Assembly (NCBI RefSeq): GCF_000734015.1
Contig: NZ_CP008796.1
Location: 300,001-332,000 of the forward strand
From: Thermodesulfobacterium commune DSM 2178
GTDB lineage: Bacteria; Desulfobacterota; Thermodesulfobacteria; Thermodesulfobacteriales; Thermodesulfobacteriaceae
Direction: 5' to 3'
Length of the DNA stretch: 32,000 nucleotides
Shown piece after piece: positions 8,010 to 16,091 of the stretch (position 1 is the stretch's first letter; each line of letters opens with the position of its first letter). Made by a program: the position numbers and the translations under genes. The notes below the pieces were generated by a model. The model saw nothing but the letters and a program-made list of their open reading frames with translations, was not told the origin of the DNA and made no database searches.

Positions 8010-8665
8010 AGAAAGAGACTATAAAAAACATAGAAAGTCAACTTGATAAAGACATAGATAAAGAAGTTGAGTTGATTAAAAGTGAACTTTTTTATTTTTT
8101 AGATAAAGATTTAGATATGTTTTTTTTAAAAGAGTTTGTCAAACATTATCCAAGGAAACTTCTCCGAGAAAGGTCTGAAGTTTTACTTGATACGGTACTT
8201 AACTATCTTATGAAAGAGATATTAGAACAAATTAGAACAAAAAGTTCAGACGTTCAGTATGCCTTTTCTAAAGAAAACCTAAGAGAAAAAATAAAGGAGT
8301 GGGCTTTAGCTAAAGAGAACAGGTATAATCCTTCTCTACTTAAATTGAAAGAGGAAGAGACCATAGTAGAAAAAACTATTACTGTAGCACCAGGTATAGT
8401 TGTTAGTGCTGGAGGGCTAATCGCTATAGCCTCAGCCCCTGAAACTTTAGTTTTAAAAGCTATTCCTGCAGTCTCTACTTTAGCAGGTCCGATTTATATC
8501 TTTAAAAAAATAAAAGAAAAAAACAAAAGATTAAAAAAAATCTGGAAAAAAGAAATAAACAGTTATTTAGAAAGGGCTAAAAAAGAGTTGAAAATTTGGT
8601 TGATAAAAGTGATCGAAAAATTTGAAAAAGAACTAACCGATTTTTGTAGAAAATTGGGGTTATAA
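8003..8665 (+). CDS. Membrane-hairpin protein translationally coupled to the dynamin-like GTPase
   Basis: The 220-aa ORF has an ATG that overlaps the dynamin stop by 7 nt (ATGTTAA). Helical K/E-rich N- and C-terminal parts flank one ~40-aa hydrophobic Gly/Pro/Ala-rich stretch (VAPGIVVSAGGLIAIASAPETLVLKAIPAVSTLAGPIYIF, nt ~8378-8503). Confidence 0.6.
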   Translation: MLKKETIKNIESQLDKDIDKEVELIKSELFYFLDKDLDMFFLKEFVKHYPRKLLRERSEVLLDTVLNYLMKEILEQIRTKSSDVQYAFSKENLREKIKEWALAKENRYNPSLLKLKEEETIVEKTITVAPGIVVSAGGLIAIASAPETLVLKAIPAVSTLAGPIYIFKKIKEKNKRLKKIWKKEINSYLERAKKELKIWLIKVIEKFEKELTDFCRKLGL

Positions 8666-8704
8666 CTTGACTTTATATTCAAAGAAAATATTATAATAAA
8701 AGTT

Positions 8705-9769
8705 ATGAATAAAATTTTTGATTTAAAAAGTCTGAAAAGTTTATTAACTTTTAAGAAATCTCAAAAAAACGTTTATATAGGAATAGATATAGGGACATAT
8801 TCTATCAAAATAGCCGAGGTTGTTTTAAATAAAAATAATAACATAATTCTTACTAATTTTATCCAAGGAAAAACCTACCCGAATGTTATCGTAAACGGAA
8901 TAATCAACGACTTTCAATATCTAAGCACTAATTTAAAAAATATTTTTGAAGTGTTTCAACCGATTTCTAATCAAGTTAATCTTTCGCTTTCGTATGATGT
9001 ACTTATATATGATTCTTTTCAATCTCAATATATACCTTCTGAAGAAGAAATAAGAAATAAACTTAATGAAGACATTCCCTATAATTTAGATGATGTTTAT
9101 TACAGTTATTTTATCTTCCCTATGCAAAATAGTTATAAAATTCTTTATTTGGTTATAAAGAAGGATATAGCTCAACAGTTTGAAAATCTTTTGAAAGGCC
9201 TTAATTTCAGCGTAAAAAACATGGATGCAGATTTTATAAATATTCACAACCTTGTAGAGTTTTTAGAAGGGGAAGAAAAGGCCAAGTTAATCGTCGATTG
9301 GGGGGAAAGTAAGGTTAGACTTCTTTTTTCTACCAAAGATATTCCTGTATACAATCGAGAACTTTTTAATCTTGGTTTAAAAAACCTTAAAAAAGAAATA
9401 AGAAAACTGGTTCCGGATAAAGATATGGTAGAGATGGTCATGGTTAATCCTTCTAATTTTGAGAAATTTCAAGAGGTAAAGGAAATTTACAAAAACTATA
9501 TCAACGAAATCATAAAAGAAATTCAGTACACCATCGAGTTTGTACAAGGTAAGTTTAATTTAATCTTAGAAGTAGTATATCTGGTAGGAGGAGGAGCAAG
9601 AATTTTAGATATAGAAAAGATTTTTACTTCAAAACTTAAACTTGAAACAAAAAAAATCAACCTCCAAGATAGGATTGAGATAGACTCTAATGTTGATCCA
9701 ACTTATCTTAAGATCATAAACACTCAAGGGGCGAATGCTGTAGCTGCAGCTTTGAGGGAATTTATATGA
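8705..9769 (+). CDS. pilM: Type IV pilus assembly protein PilM (actin-like ATPase fold)
   Basis: The 354-aa ORF has the N-terminal actin/FtsA-like phosphate-1 motif VYIGIDIGTYSIKIAEV and a late LVGGGARI motif. It is first in a pilMNOPQ-ordered operon. Confidence 0.8.
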   Translation: MNKIFDLKSLKSLLTFKKSQKNVYIGIDIGTYSIKIAEVVLNKNNNIILTNFIQGKTYPNVIVNGIINDFQYLSTNLKNIFEVFQPISNQVNLSLSYDVLIYDSFQSQYIPSEEEIRNKLNEDIPYNLDDVYYSYFIFPMQNSYKILYLVIKKDIAQQFENLLKGLNFSVKNMDADFINIHNLVEFLEGEEKAKLIVDWGESKVRLLFSTKDIPVYNRELFNLGLKNLKKEIRKLVPDKDMVEMVMVNPSNFEKFQEVKEIYKNYINEIIKEIQYTIEFVQGKFNLILEVVYLVGGGARILDIEKIFTSKLKLETKKINLQDRIEIDSNVDPTYLKIINTQGANAVAAALREFI

Positions 9770-10308
9770 TCATTAAGTTTAACCTCTTACCTAAACCTAA
9801 AGAGACAGTAAAGGAGGAAATTCATAAAGAACCTTTTAGGTTTTATAAACTTATCATACCTTTAGTTATTTTTGTATTATCTGTGATGTTAAGTGGTGTT
9901 ATTTCTCTGGAAAAACAGAAGAAAGACCTGATTAAAGAAAAAACAACTAAAGAAACTAAGCTTAAGGAATATAAGATGGTAGCTCAAAAGGTGGAACAAC
10001 TTGAAAAGGAAAACGAAGAGGTTAAAAGAAGGATAGAAACCATTTTATCTCTTAAAAAGGATAGAGAAAAGGTTTTAAAAAGATTAGATGTTGTTCTTAG
10101 TAATCTTGGTAAAAATCAGGTTTATTTTAGTTTGTTAAAGATAGGCTCTAATCAAACCAAGATAGAAGGTATAAGTACTGATATGAAAGAAGTAGGTGAA
10201 TATTTAAAAACCTTAGAGGAAAAAAAGGATATAGTAAGACAGGTAAACATTACCCAGGTTAAAAAGCAAGATAAGCTGGTAGAATTCCAGGCTGAGGTTG
10301 TTTTTTGA
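9766..10308 (+). CDS. pilN: Type IV pilus assembly protein PilN
   Basis: The 180-aa ORF overlaps pilM by ATGA. It has the short cytoplasmic N-terminus (IIKFNLLP) typical of PilN, a single TM helix and then a coiled coil. Operon position supports the call. Confidence 0.7.
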   Translation: MIIKFNLLPKPKETVKEEIHKEPFRFYKLIIPLVIFVLSVMLSGVISLEKQKKDLIKEKTTKETKLKEYKMVAQKVEQLEKENEEVKRRIETILSLKKDREKVLKRLDVVLSNLGKNQVYFSLLKIGSNQTKIEGISTDMKEVGEYLKTLEEKKDIVRQVNITQVKKQDKLVEFQAEVVF

Positions 10309-10907
10309 TGAAGGCTTTGATCGAAAGACTTAAAGCTTGGGATGAAGTTACCCCTAAAAGAACAAAAATACTTCTTTTGCTTGTTTTAGTGATAGGTCCC
10401 CTTGCGTTGTTTTATCAGTTTTATTATCAGCCCAGTAAAGAGACTATAAATGTTTTAAAAGAAGATGTTAAAAAGTTAGACTTGGAAATAGTTAAATACT
10501 CCCAGGTTGTTAACAAGCTTGAATTCCTTAATAAACAAATGGCAGCAAGAAAAGAATTTTTGGAAGTGGTAAAGACTATCTTTCCTGATGAAAAGGAGAT
10601 ACCTGTTATCCTGAAAAAGATAGCAGAGCTTGCTAAAAAAAACAATTTAGATTTAGCCTTGTTTAAACCAGAGAAGGAAGAGCTAAAAGATTACTATAAG
10701 ATCATTCCTATTACTGTTGAACTCGTAGGAGATTTTAGCAACATGATAAATTTTCTAAACGAGATTCAAAAGCTTCCTCGTTTAGTGGTAATAAATGAAC
10801 TTGAGTTTAAGGTTAAAGATAAGAGGCTTACCCTTGGATTAAATTTAAGTACTTTTCAATATACAGGTAAACCTTTAGAAACTAAAGAGAATAAGGAAAA
10901 GAAATGA
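10308..10907 (+). CDS. pilO: Type IV pilus assembly protein PilO
   Basis: The ~199-aa ORF has one N-terminal TM helix, a coiled coil and a ferredoxin-like C-terminal part. The ATG at 10308 overlaps the pilN TGA, and the ORF track uses an in-frame TTG at 10305. Operon position supports the call. Confidence 0.7.
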   Translation: MKALIERLKAWDEVTPKRTKILLLLVLVIGPLALFYQFYYQPSKETINVLKEDVKKLDLEIVKYSQVVNKLEFLNKQMAARKEFLEVVKTIFPDEKEIPVILKKIAELAKKNNLDLALFKPEKEELKDYYKIIPITVELVGDFSNMINFLNEIQKLPRLVVINELEFKVKDKRLTLGLNLSTFQYTGKPLETKENKEKK

Positions 10908-11362
10908 AAATTAAAGTTTGGTTGGTAAGTTTAGTGTTGATTTGTTTATTAATAGGGTGTGATAAAAAGAAAGAGGAACCTATTTCTCCCAAAATAGGTG
11001 TAAATGCAACTTTAATCGATAAGGAGCTTGAAACGTGGAAGGTTGAGCTTGCTAAAGAACCTTATATAATAAACTCTAAAGAGGTTAAAAATCCTTTTAT
11101 TGCCCCTGTAGTAGGTAAAACCATAAGTTATGAAAATGTCCTTTCTATACGTTTAGTAGGTATAGTTGATAAACAAGGAAAAAAGTGGGCTCTTATTCAG
11201 GACGAAAGCAAGATGGGTTATCTGGTTAAACCAGGAAGTAAGATAGGAAATTACAGGATCTTAAAGATAGAAAAGAACCAGGTTTTAGTAGAAGAAGAGA
11301 TAACCGACCTTTATGGCAATCGTAAGAAGGTGCAAAGGGTTTTAAGTTTGATCAAGGAGTGA
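10904..11362 (+). CDS. pilP: Type IV pilus assembly lipoprotein PilP
   Basis: The 152-aa ORF overlaps pilO by ATGA, has a lipobox (LLIGC) and sits between pilO and the secretin gene. Confidence 0.6.
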   Translation: MKIKVWLVSLVLICLLIGCDKKKEEPISPKIGVNATLIDKELETWKVELAKEPYIINSKEVKNPFIAPVVGKTISYENVLSIRLVGIVDKQGKKWALIQDESKMGYLVKPGSKIGNYRILKIEKNQVLVEEEITDLYGNRKKVQRVLSLIKE

Positions 11363-11365
11363 GGT

Positions 11366-13294
11366 ATGAAGATAAAAATATTTATTTTTAACATGCTTAT
11401 ATTTATTTTAGCTTTTATGTTTATTCTAAGTTTTGGAAAGGGTGAGGCAAAAGCTAAGACCAATCTAAAAGAGGTGTTTTACCTGAAACAACCGGTTGAT
11501 ACTTTGATTTTTGAATTTGATGGAAAACCTCAATATACCTTAAATGTTGATGAGACTAAATTGACTCTATTTTTACAAAACGTGATTCCTTTGAAATCAA
11601 ACTGGGTAAAAAATTTACCCAAGGATTTGATTAAGGAAGTCGATGTTTCTATAGAAAAGAATGGGATTAGATTAAGTTTAACCTTGACCAAAAAGTTTAA
11701 CGTTCAGGTAAAAGATTTAGAAAATAAAATTCTGGTGGAATTTTTATGGGAAAAACCTTTAAAACCGGTCAACGTGGTTATTAAAGATAAAAAAGTAGAA
11801 ACCTTAGAGGAAAAAACTTTAAAGGAATTAAGAGATATTTTAGAAAATAAGATAAGTACCCAACCGTACGAGATTCTTTTAAATGAAAGAAGGGTGAGTC
11901 TTCCGCTTTCTGACCTTAAATATAAAGGGATTCCTATAACGGTTGATTTTCAAGGGGCAGACCTACATGCCGTTTTAAGGCTTCTTTCAGAGGTAGGTGG
12001 TATTAATATTTTGGTGAGTGATAAAGTTAACGGTATAGTTACCCTTAAAGCCAAAGATGTTCCGTGGGATCTGTTATTAGATGCGATAATCTCTAACTTT
12101 GGTTTAGCGAAGTTGAAAACAGAAAATTTGATTGTGATTGCTACGTTAGATGAGGTCAAAAAATATGCAGAACAGTATAAAGATTACTTAAAGGCAGTAG
12201 CTCAGGGTAAAGAGGGTATTAAAGCAGAAATAGAAGCTCAGCGAGATATTTTTGATGCTTTGCAAAAGGTTCAAGAAGAAAAAAACCTGCTTATTACCAA
12301 AATTTTTACGCTTAAGTATTTAAGAGCAAGCAAGGTTATAGACCTTCTAAAGAGCCATCGTTTTCCGGATAAGCTTCAGGAGCTACTTAAGGATCCCAAC
12401 AAAATAACCTTTGAACCTCTAACCAACACCATTATAGTTAAGGCAACTCCCAAAATTTTAGATGAGATTGAGGCGATCATTAAAGCTATAGATAAACCAA
12501 GGCCTCAGATAATGATAGAGGCAAGAATAGTCGAAATGAGAGATGAGTATGCCCATAAATTGGGTATTAAGTGGGGGGGAGCTGCTTGGAAAAGAACAGA
12601 ACATAGTATTTGGAATATTGCTCCTGGTCATTCTATTACCACAAATGATACCATGACTACAAAAACACCAAGTATTAACATTCCTAACACAACCATCTTT
12701 GATTTAGGTGTTGCCAATAGCATAGCAAATTTAGGGGTTGCTTTAGGGTATTTTGGTGCTACCACGGCTGTGCTTGACGTAACTCTTTCTGCTCTTGAAG
12801 AATCAGGGGTTGCAAGGGTTCTTTCAAAACCTCAAATTTTAACCCTTGACAAAGAACAAGCTATAATACAGCAGGGTTACAGAATTCCTTACTTGAGTTA
12901 TGCAGCTAACATCAACCAGGCAACCGTAAATTTTATAGATGCTGGGTTAAAACTTTTGGTAACCCCTTCTGTTACCCCAGAGGGTAAAATTTTTGTAGAT
13001 GTGGTTATAGAAAAGTCAGAGCCTGATTGGGGGCGTACAGTTCAAGGTGAACCAACTATTAATACCAGTAACATTTCTACCTCGGCTTTACTTGATAATG
13101 GAGAAACTTTAGTAATAGGAGGGGTTAAAATAAATAACATTTCTGATAACATAGATAAAGTTCCTGGGCTTGGAAGTATTCCAGGAGCAGGGGAATTTTT
13201 TAAAAGAAAAGAAAAAACGTTGTCTACCAGCGAACTTATGATTTTTATAACTCCCAAAATAGCCTATATTCCTATAGAAGGGATAGACTATTAA
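11366..13294 (+). CDS. pilQ: Type IV pilus secretin PilQ
   Basis: The 642-aa ORF has a signal peptide and an AMIN-like N-terminal domain. It has a secretin N-domain (ITVDFQGADLHAVLRLLSEVGGINILV) and a conserved secretin C-domain (VLSKPQILTLDKEQA ... VPGLGSIPGAGEFFKRKE ... ELMIFITPKI). Confidence 0.9.
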   Translation: MKIKIFIFNMLIFILAFMFILSFGKGEAKAKTNLKEVFYLKQPVDTLIFEFDGKPQYTLNVDETKLTLFLQNVIPLKSNWVKNLPKDLIKEVDVSIEKNGIRLSLTLTKKFNVQVKDLENKILVEFLWEKPLKPVNVVIKDKKVETLEEKTLKELRDILENKISTQPYEILLNERRVSLPLSDLKYKGIPITVDFQGADLHAVLRLLSEVGGINILVSDKVNGIVTLKAKDVPWDLLLDAIISNFGLAKLKTENLIVIATLDEVKKYAEQYKDYLKAVAQGKEGIKAEIEAQRDIFDALQKVQEEKNLLITKIFTLKYLRASKVIDLLKSHRFPDKLQELLKDPNKITFEPLTNTIIVKATPKILDEIEAIIKAIDKPRPQIMIEARIVEMRDEYAHKLGIKWGGAAWKRTEHSIWNIAPGHSITTNDTMTTKTPSINIPNTTIFDLGVANSIANLGVALGYFGATTAVLDVTLSALEESGVARVLSKPQILTLDKEQAIIQQGYRIPYLSYAANINQATVNFIDAGLKLLVTPSVTPEGKIFVDVVIEKSEPDWGRTVQGEPTINTSNISTSALLDNGETLVIGGVKINNISDNIDKVPGLGSIPGAGEFFKRKEKTLSTSELMIFITPKIAYIPIEGIDY

Positions 13295-13304
13295 CCATTA
13301 AAAA

Positions 13305-14615
13305 ATGTCTGAAGTTTGGGTAGTAGGGGGAGGGCTTGCTGGTTCTGAGGCTGCCTGGCAGCTTGCGGTTAGAGGGGTTAAGGTTGTCCTGTTTGAGATG
13401 CGCCCTACTAAACTTACCCCAGCCCATAAAACAGATTTATTAGCTGAACTTGTATGTTCAAACTCCCTTCGTTCTAAAGAGCTTACCAAGGCTGTAGGAC
13501 TTTTAAAGGAAGAATTAAGGCTTTTAAAATCTTTGATACTTGAGTCAGCTTTAATTTCTGAAGTTCCTTCAGGCAAAGCTTTAGCGGTAGATAGAAAGCT
13601 TTTTTCTGAATATATAACCCAAAAACTTTCTTCTCATCCTAACATAAAAATTATCAGAGAAGAGTTAACGGAGATTCCCAAGGATAGAATAGTTATTTTA
13701 GCTACAGGACCTCTTACCAGTGAAGCTATGGCTAAAGCTTTGGCAACCCTGATAGAGGTACCTTATTTACATTTTTATGATGCCATATCTCCTGTGGTGT
13801 ATGCAGAAACCATAGATTGGGATAAGGTGTTTGTAGCAGACCGTTATGGAAAAGAGGAAGGATCGTATGTAAACTGTCCTCTTACCAAAGAGGAATACGA
13901 AAGATTTTGGGAGGCTTTGATAAAAGCAGAAAAGGTTCCTTTACATTCCTTTGAAGACCCAAAGTATTTTGAAGGATGTCTCCCTATAGAGGTAATGGCT
14001 GAAAGGGGAAAAGAAACCCTGCTTTATGGTCCGATGAAACCTGTAGGATTGGTAGACCCAAGAACAGGTAAACAACCTTATGCAGTAGTACAACTAAGGC
14101 CTGAAAATCGAGAAAAGACTTTATACAACATGGTAGGGTTTCAGACTAAGCTAAAATATGAGGAACAAAAAAGGGTTTTTCGGCTTATCCCAGGGCTTGA
14201 GCAGGCAGAGTTTGCAAGGTTAGGTTCTATCCATAGAAATACCTTCGTTAATGCCCCTTTGGTCTTACATCCTACCCTTCAGCTTAAAAAAAGTCCTAAT
14301 GTTTTTTTAGCAGGACAACTTACAGGTGTTGAAGGGTATGTAGAATCTACTGCCATGGGTTTTTTAGCAGGAATTAATGCAGAAAGGTTGATGAAGGGGA
14401 AGCCCTTATTAGTTCCTCCTAAGGAAACGGCTATCGGGGCTTTAGTACACTATTTGGTTGAAGCAAATCCAAAGTATTTTCAACCTATGAACATTAACTG
14501 GGGGCTTTTTCCTCAGTTGGATAAAAAAGTTCACAAAAATCAAAAATATCAGTTAATGGTAGAAAGGGCACTAAAGGCCCTTTCTGAATGGATTAGCAAA
14601 AATCAGGTATTATAA
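13305..14615 (+). CDS. trmFO: Methylenetetrahydrofolate--tRNA-(uracil54-C5)-methyltransferase TrmFO
   Basis: The 436-aa ORF has the N-terminal FAD motif VVGGGLAGSEAAWQLA, the CSNSLR motif, and the length and overall pattern of TrmFO/Gid. Confidence 0.9.
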   Translation: MSEVWVVGGGLAGSEAAWQLAVRGVKVVLFEMRPTKLTPAHKTDLLAELVCSNSLRSKELTKAVGLLKEELRLLKSLILESALISEVPSGKALAVDRKLFSEYITQKLSSHPNIKIIREELTEIPKDRIVILATGPLTSEAMAKALATLIEVPYLHFYDAISPVVYAETIDWDKVFVADRYGKEEGSYVNCPLTKEEYERFWEALIKAEKVPLHSFEDPKYFEGCLPIEVMAERGKETLLYGPMKPVGLVDPRTGKQPYAVVQLRPENREKTLYNMVGFQTKLKYEEQKRVFRLIPGLEQAEFARLGSIHRNTFVNAPLVLHPTLQLKKSPNVFLAGQLTGVEGYVESTAMGFLAGINAERLMKGKPLLVPPKETAIGALVHYLVEANPKYFQPMNINWGLFPQLDKKVHKNQKYQLMVERALKALSEWISKNQVL

Positions 14616-14617
14616 AG

Positions 14618-14950
14618 TTAAAAGTTGATAGGACCAGCGATATAGCCTTTTACTACAGGAATATTAGTATCTTTGTCTACCTCTAACCAGACGATATCTC
14701 CTTCAATCTTTACGATCTTTCCAACAATACCACCGGTGGTAAAAACTTTTTGTCCTGGTCTTAGTTCAGAAAGAAATTTTTGATGTTCTTTCATTCTTTT
14801 TTGTTGAGGTCTGATAAGAAGGAAATAGAAGATTACAAAGATGATGATAAGAGGTAGAAGGGAGATGATAAAACCTATCAACCCTCCTTGAGGGGGTTGT
14901 CCTTGAGGTGCACCCATAGCCCAAAGATTAGAAACTAAGTTTAAGTCCAT
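14618..14950 (-). CDS. yajC: Preprotein translocase subunit YajC
   Basis: The 110-aa ORF has a single TM helix followed by LIRPQQKRMKEHQKFLSELRPGQKVFTTGGIVGKIV, the YajC signature. It lies downstream of tgt, as in many bacteria. Confidence 0.85.
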   Translation of the reverse strand: MDLNLVSNLWAMGAPQGQPPQGGLIGFIISLLPLIIIFVIFYFLLIRPQQKRMKEHQKFLSELRPGQKVFTTGGIVGKIVKIEGDIVWLEVDKDTNIPVVKGYIAGPINF

Positions 14951-14964
14951 AAAACTGCCTCCTT

Positions 14965-16089
14965 TCAGGTGGTTTTTGAATATAACTCTTTCAGTTCTTG
15001 AATTAGGTTCAGCAAGGTTTCTTGCTTGATGTTTTGTTTTATTTTTTCTATAAGTTTAGCATAATAAAATAGATTGTGAAGGGTTAATAGTTGATAGACT
15101 AAAAGTTCTTTGGTATGAAAGAGATGTCTTAAATATCCTTTAGAAAAGTTACGACAAGTATAACAACCGCAATTTGGGTCTATTGGTTCAGAGTCGGTTT
15201 TAAACCTGGAGGATTTTATAGATAAGGGCCCTTGAGAGGTAAAAAGACTTCCTCTTCTGGCATTACGGGTTGGAAGGACGCAATCAAACATGTCAACCCC
15301 TCTGGCTACTGCCTCAGCAATATCAATCGGAGTTCCTACCCCCATAAGATATCTTGGTTTATCCTTAGGCATAAAACTGGTTGAAACTTCGATCATTTCG
15401 TTTCTTAGTTCTAAAGGTTCTCCTACTGAAAGGCCTCCTATCGCATAGCCATCAAACTCAAGAGAGGTAATAAAAGAAGTGCTTTTTTGTCTAAGGTCTA
15501 CAAACATACCTCCCTGAATGATACCAAAAACGGCTTGTTTGGTGTTTTTGTGTCTTTGTCTATATTTAAAAGATTCTAAGGCCCATCGGTGGGTAAGTTC
15601 AGTAAGGGCTTTAGTTTCTTCATAAGATAGCGGATAAGGAATACATGTGTCAAGGACCATCGCTATATCAGAACCAAGCTTTGTTTGAATTTCTAAAGCC
15701 TCAACCGGGGTGATAAAATGCTCTGACCCGTCGAGGTGAGATTTAAAAATAATTCCGTCTTCTTTTATCGTTCTAAACTGCGATAGACTGTATACTTGGA
15801 ACCCTCCGCTATCTGTGAGGATAAGTCTTGGCCACCTCATAAATCTATGAATTCCGCCCAAATCTTTGATAACTTCAGCCCCAGGTCTTAGGTAAAGATG
15901 ATAGGTGTTAGCTAAAACCACCCTGTAACCTAAAGAAGCTATATTCTCAGGAGGAACAGCTTTGATGGTAGCCTGAGTACCTACAGGCATAAAGACTGGT
16001 GTTTCAACCACCCCTCGGTGGTTGATTAACATCCCAATTCTGGCCTGGGTGGTCTGGCTTTCGTATAAAACGTGGAACTTAAACATCAA
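14965..16089 (-). CDS. tgt: Queuine tRNA-ribosyltransferase (tRNA-guanine transglycosylase)
   Basis: The 374-aa ORF has the catalytic LTDSGGFQV motif and the zinc site CGCYTCRNFSKGYLRHL. Confidence 0.95.
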   Translation of the reverse strand: MMFKFHVLYESQTTQARIGMLINHRGVVETPVFMPVGTQATIKAVPPENIASLGYRVVLANTYHLYLRPGAEVIKDLGGIHRFMRWPRLILTDSGGFQVYSLSQFRTIKEDGIIFKSHLDGSEHFITPVEALEIQTKLGSDIAMVLDTCIPYPLSYEETKALTELTHRWALESFKYRQRHKNTKQAVFGIIQGGMFVDLRQKSTSFITSLEFDGYAIGGLSVGEPLELRNEMIEVSTSFMPKDKPRYLMGVGTPIDIAEAVARGVDMFDCVLPTRNARRGSLFTSQGPLSIKSSRFKTDSEPIDPNCGCYTCRNFSKGYLRHLFHTKELLVYQLLTLHNLFYYAKLIEKIKQNIKQETLLNLIQELKELYSKTT

Positions 16090-16091
16090 AA

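Noticed and set aside
6006-8665. Assigning the dynamin-like pair to a known anti-phage dynamin system (Eleos/LeoABC type)
   Set aside because: The gene number and architecture differ: one GTPase plus a 220-aa hairpin protein, preceded by sensor genes. Nothing in the sequence specifically supports a defence role. It remains one possibility under the cassette finding.
9244-13576. Small minus-strand ORFs inside pilM, pilO, pilQ and trmFO (9244-9441, 10427-10645, 11950-12159, 13042-13257, 13298-13576)
   Set aside because: All are nested antisense within well-supported genes. None has a recognisable motif or translation signal.
14613-14620. Convergent trmFO and yajC stop codons only 2 nt apart, with no room for terminators
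   Set aside because: This is compatible with a compact genome. I could not identify any structure that calls for a special explanation.
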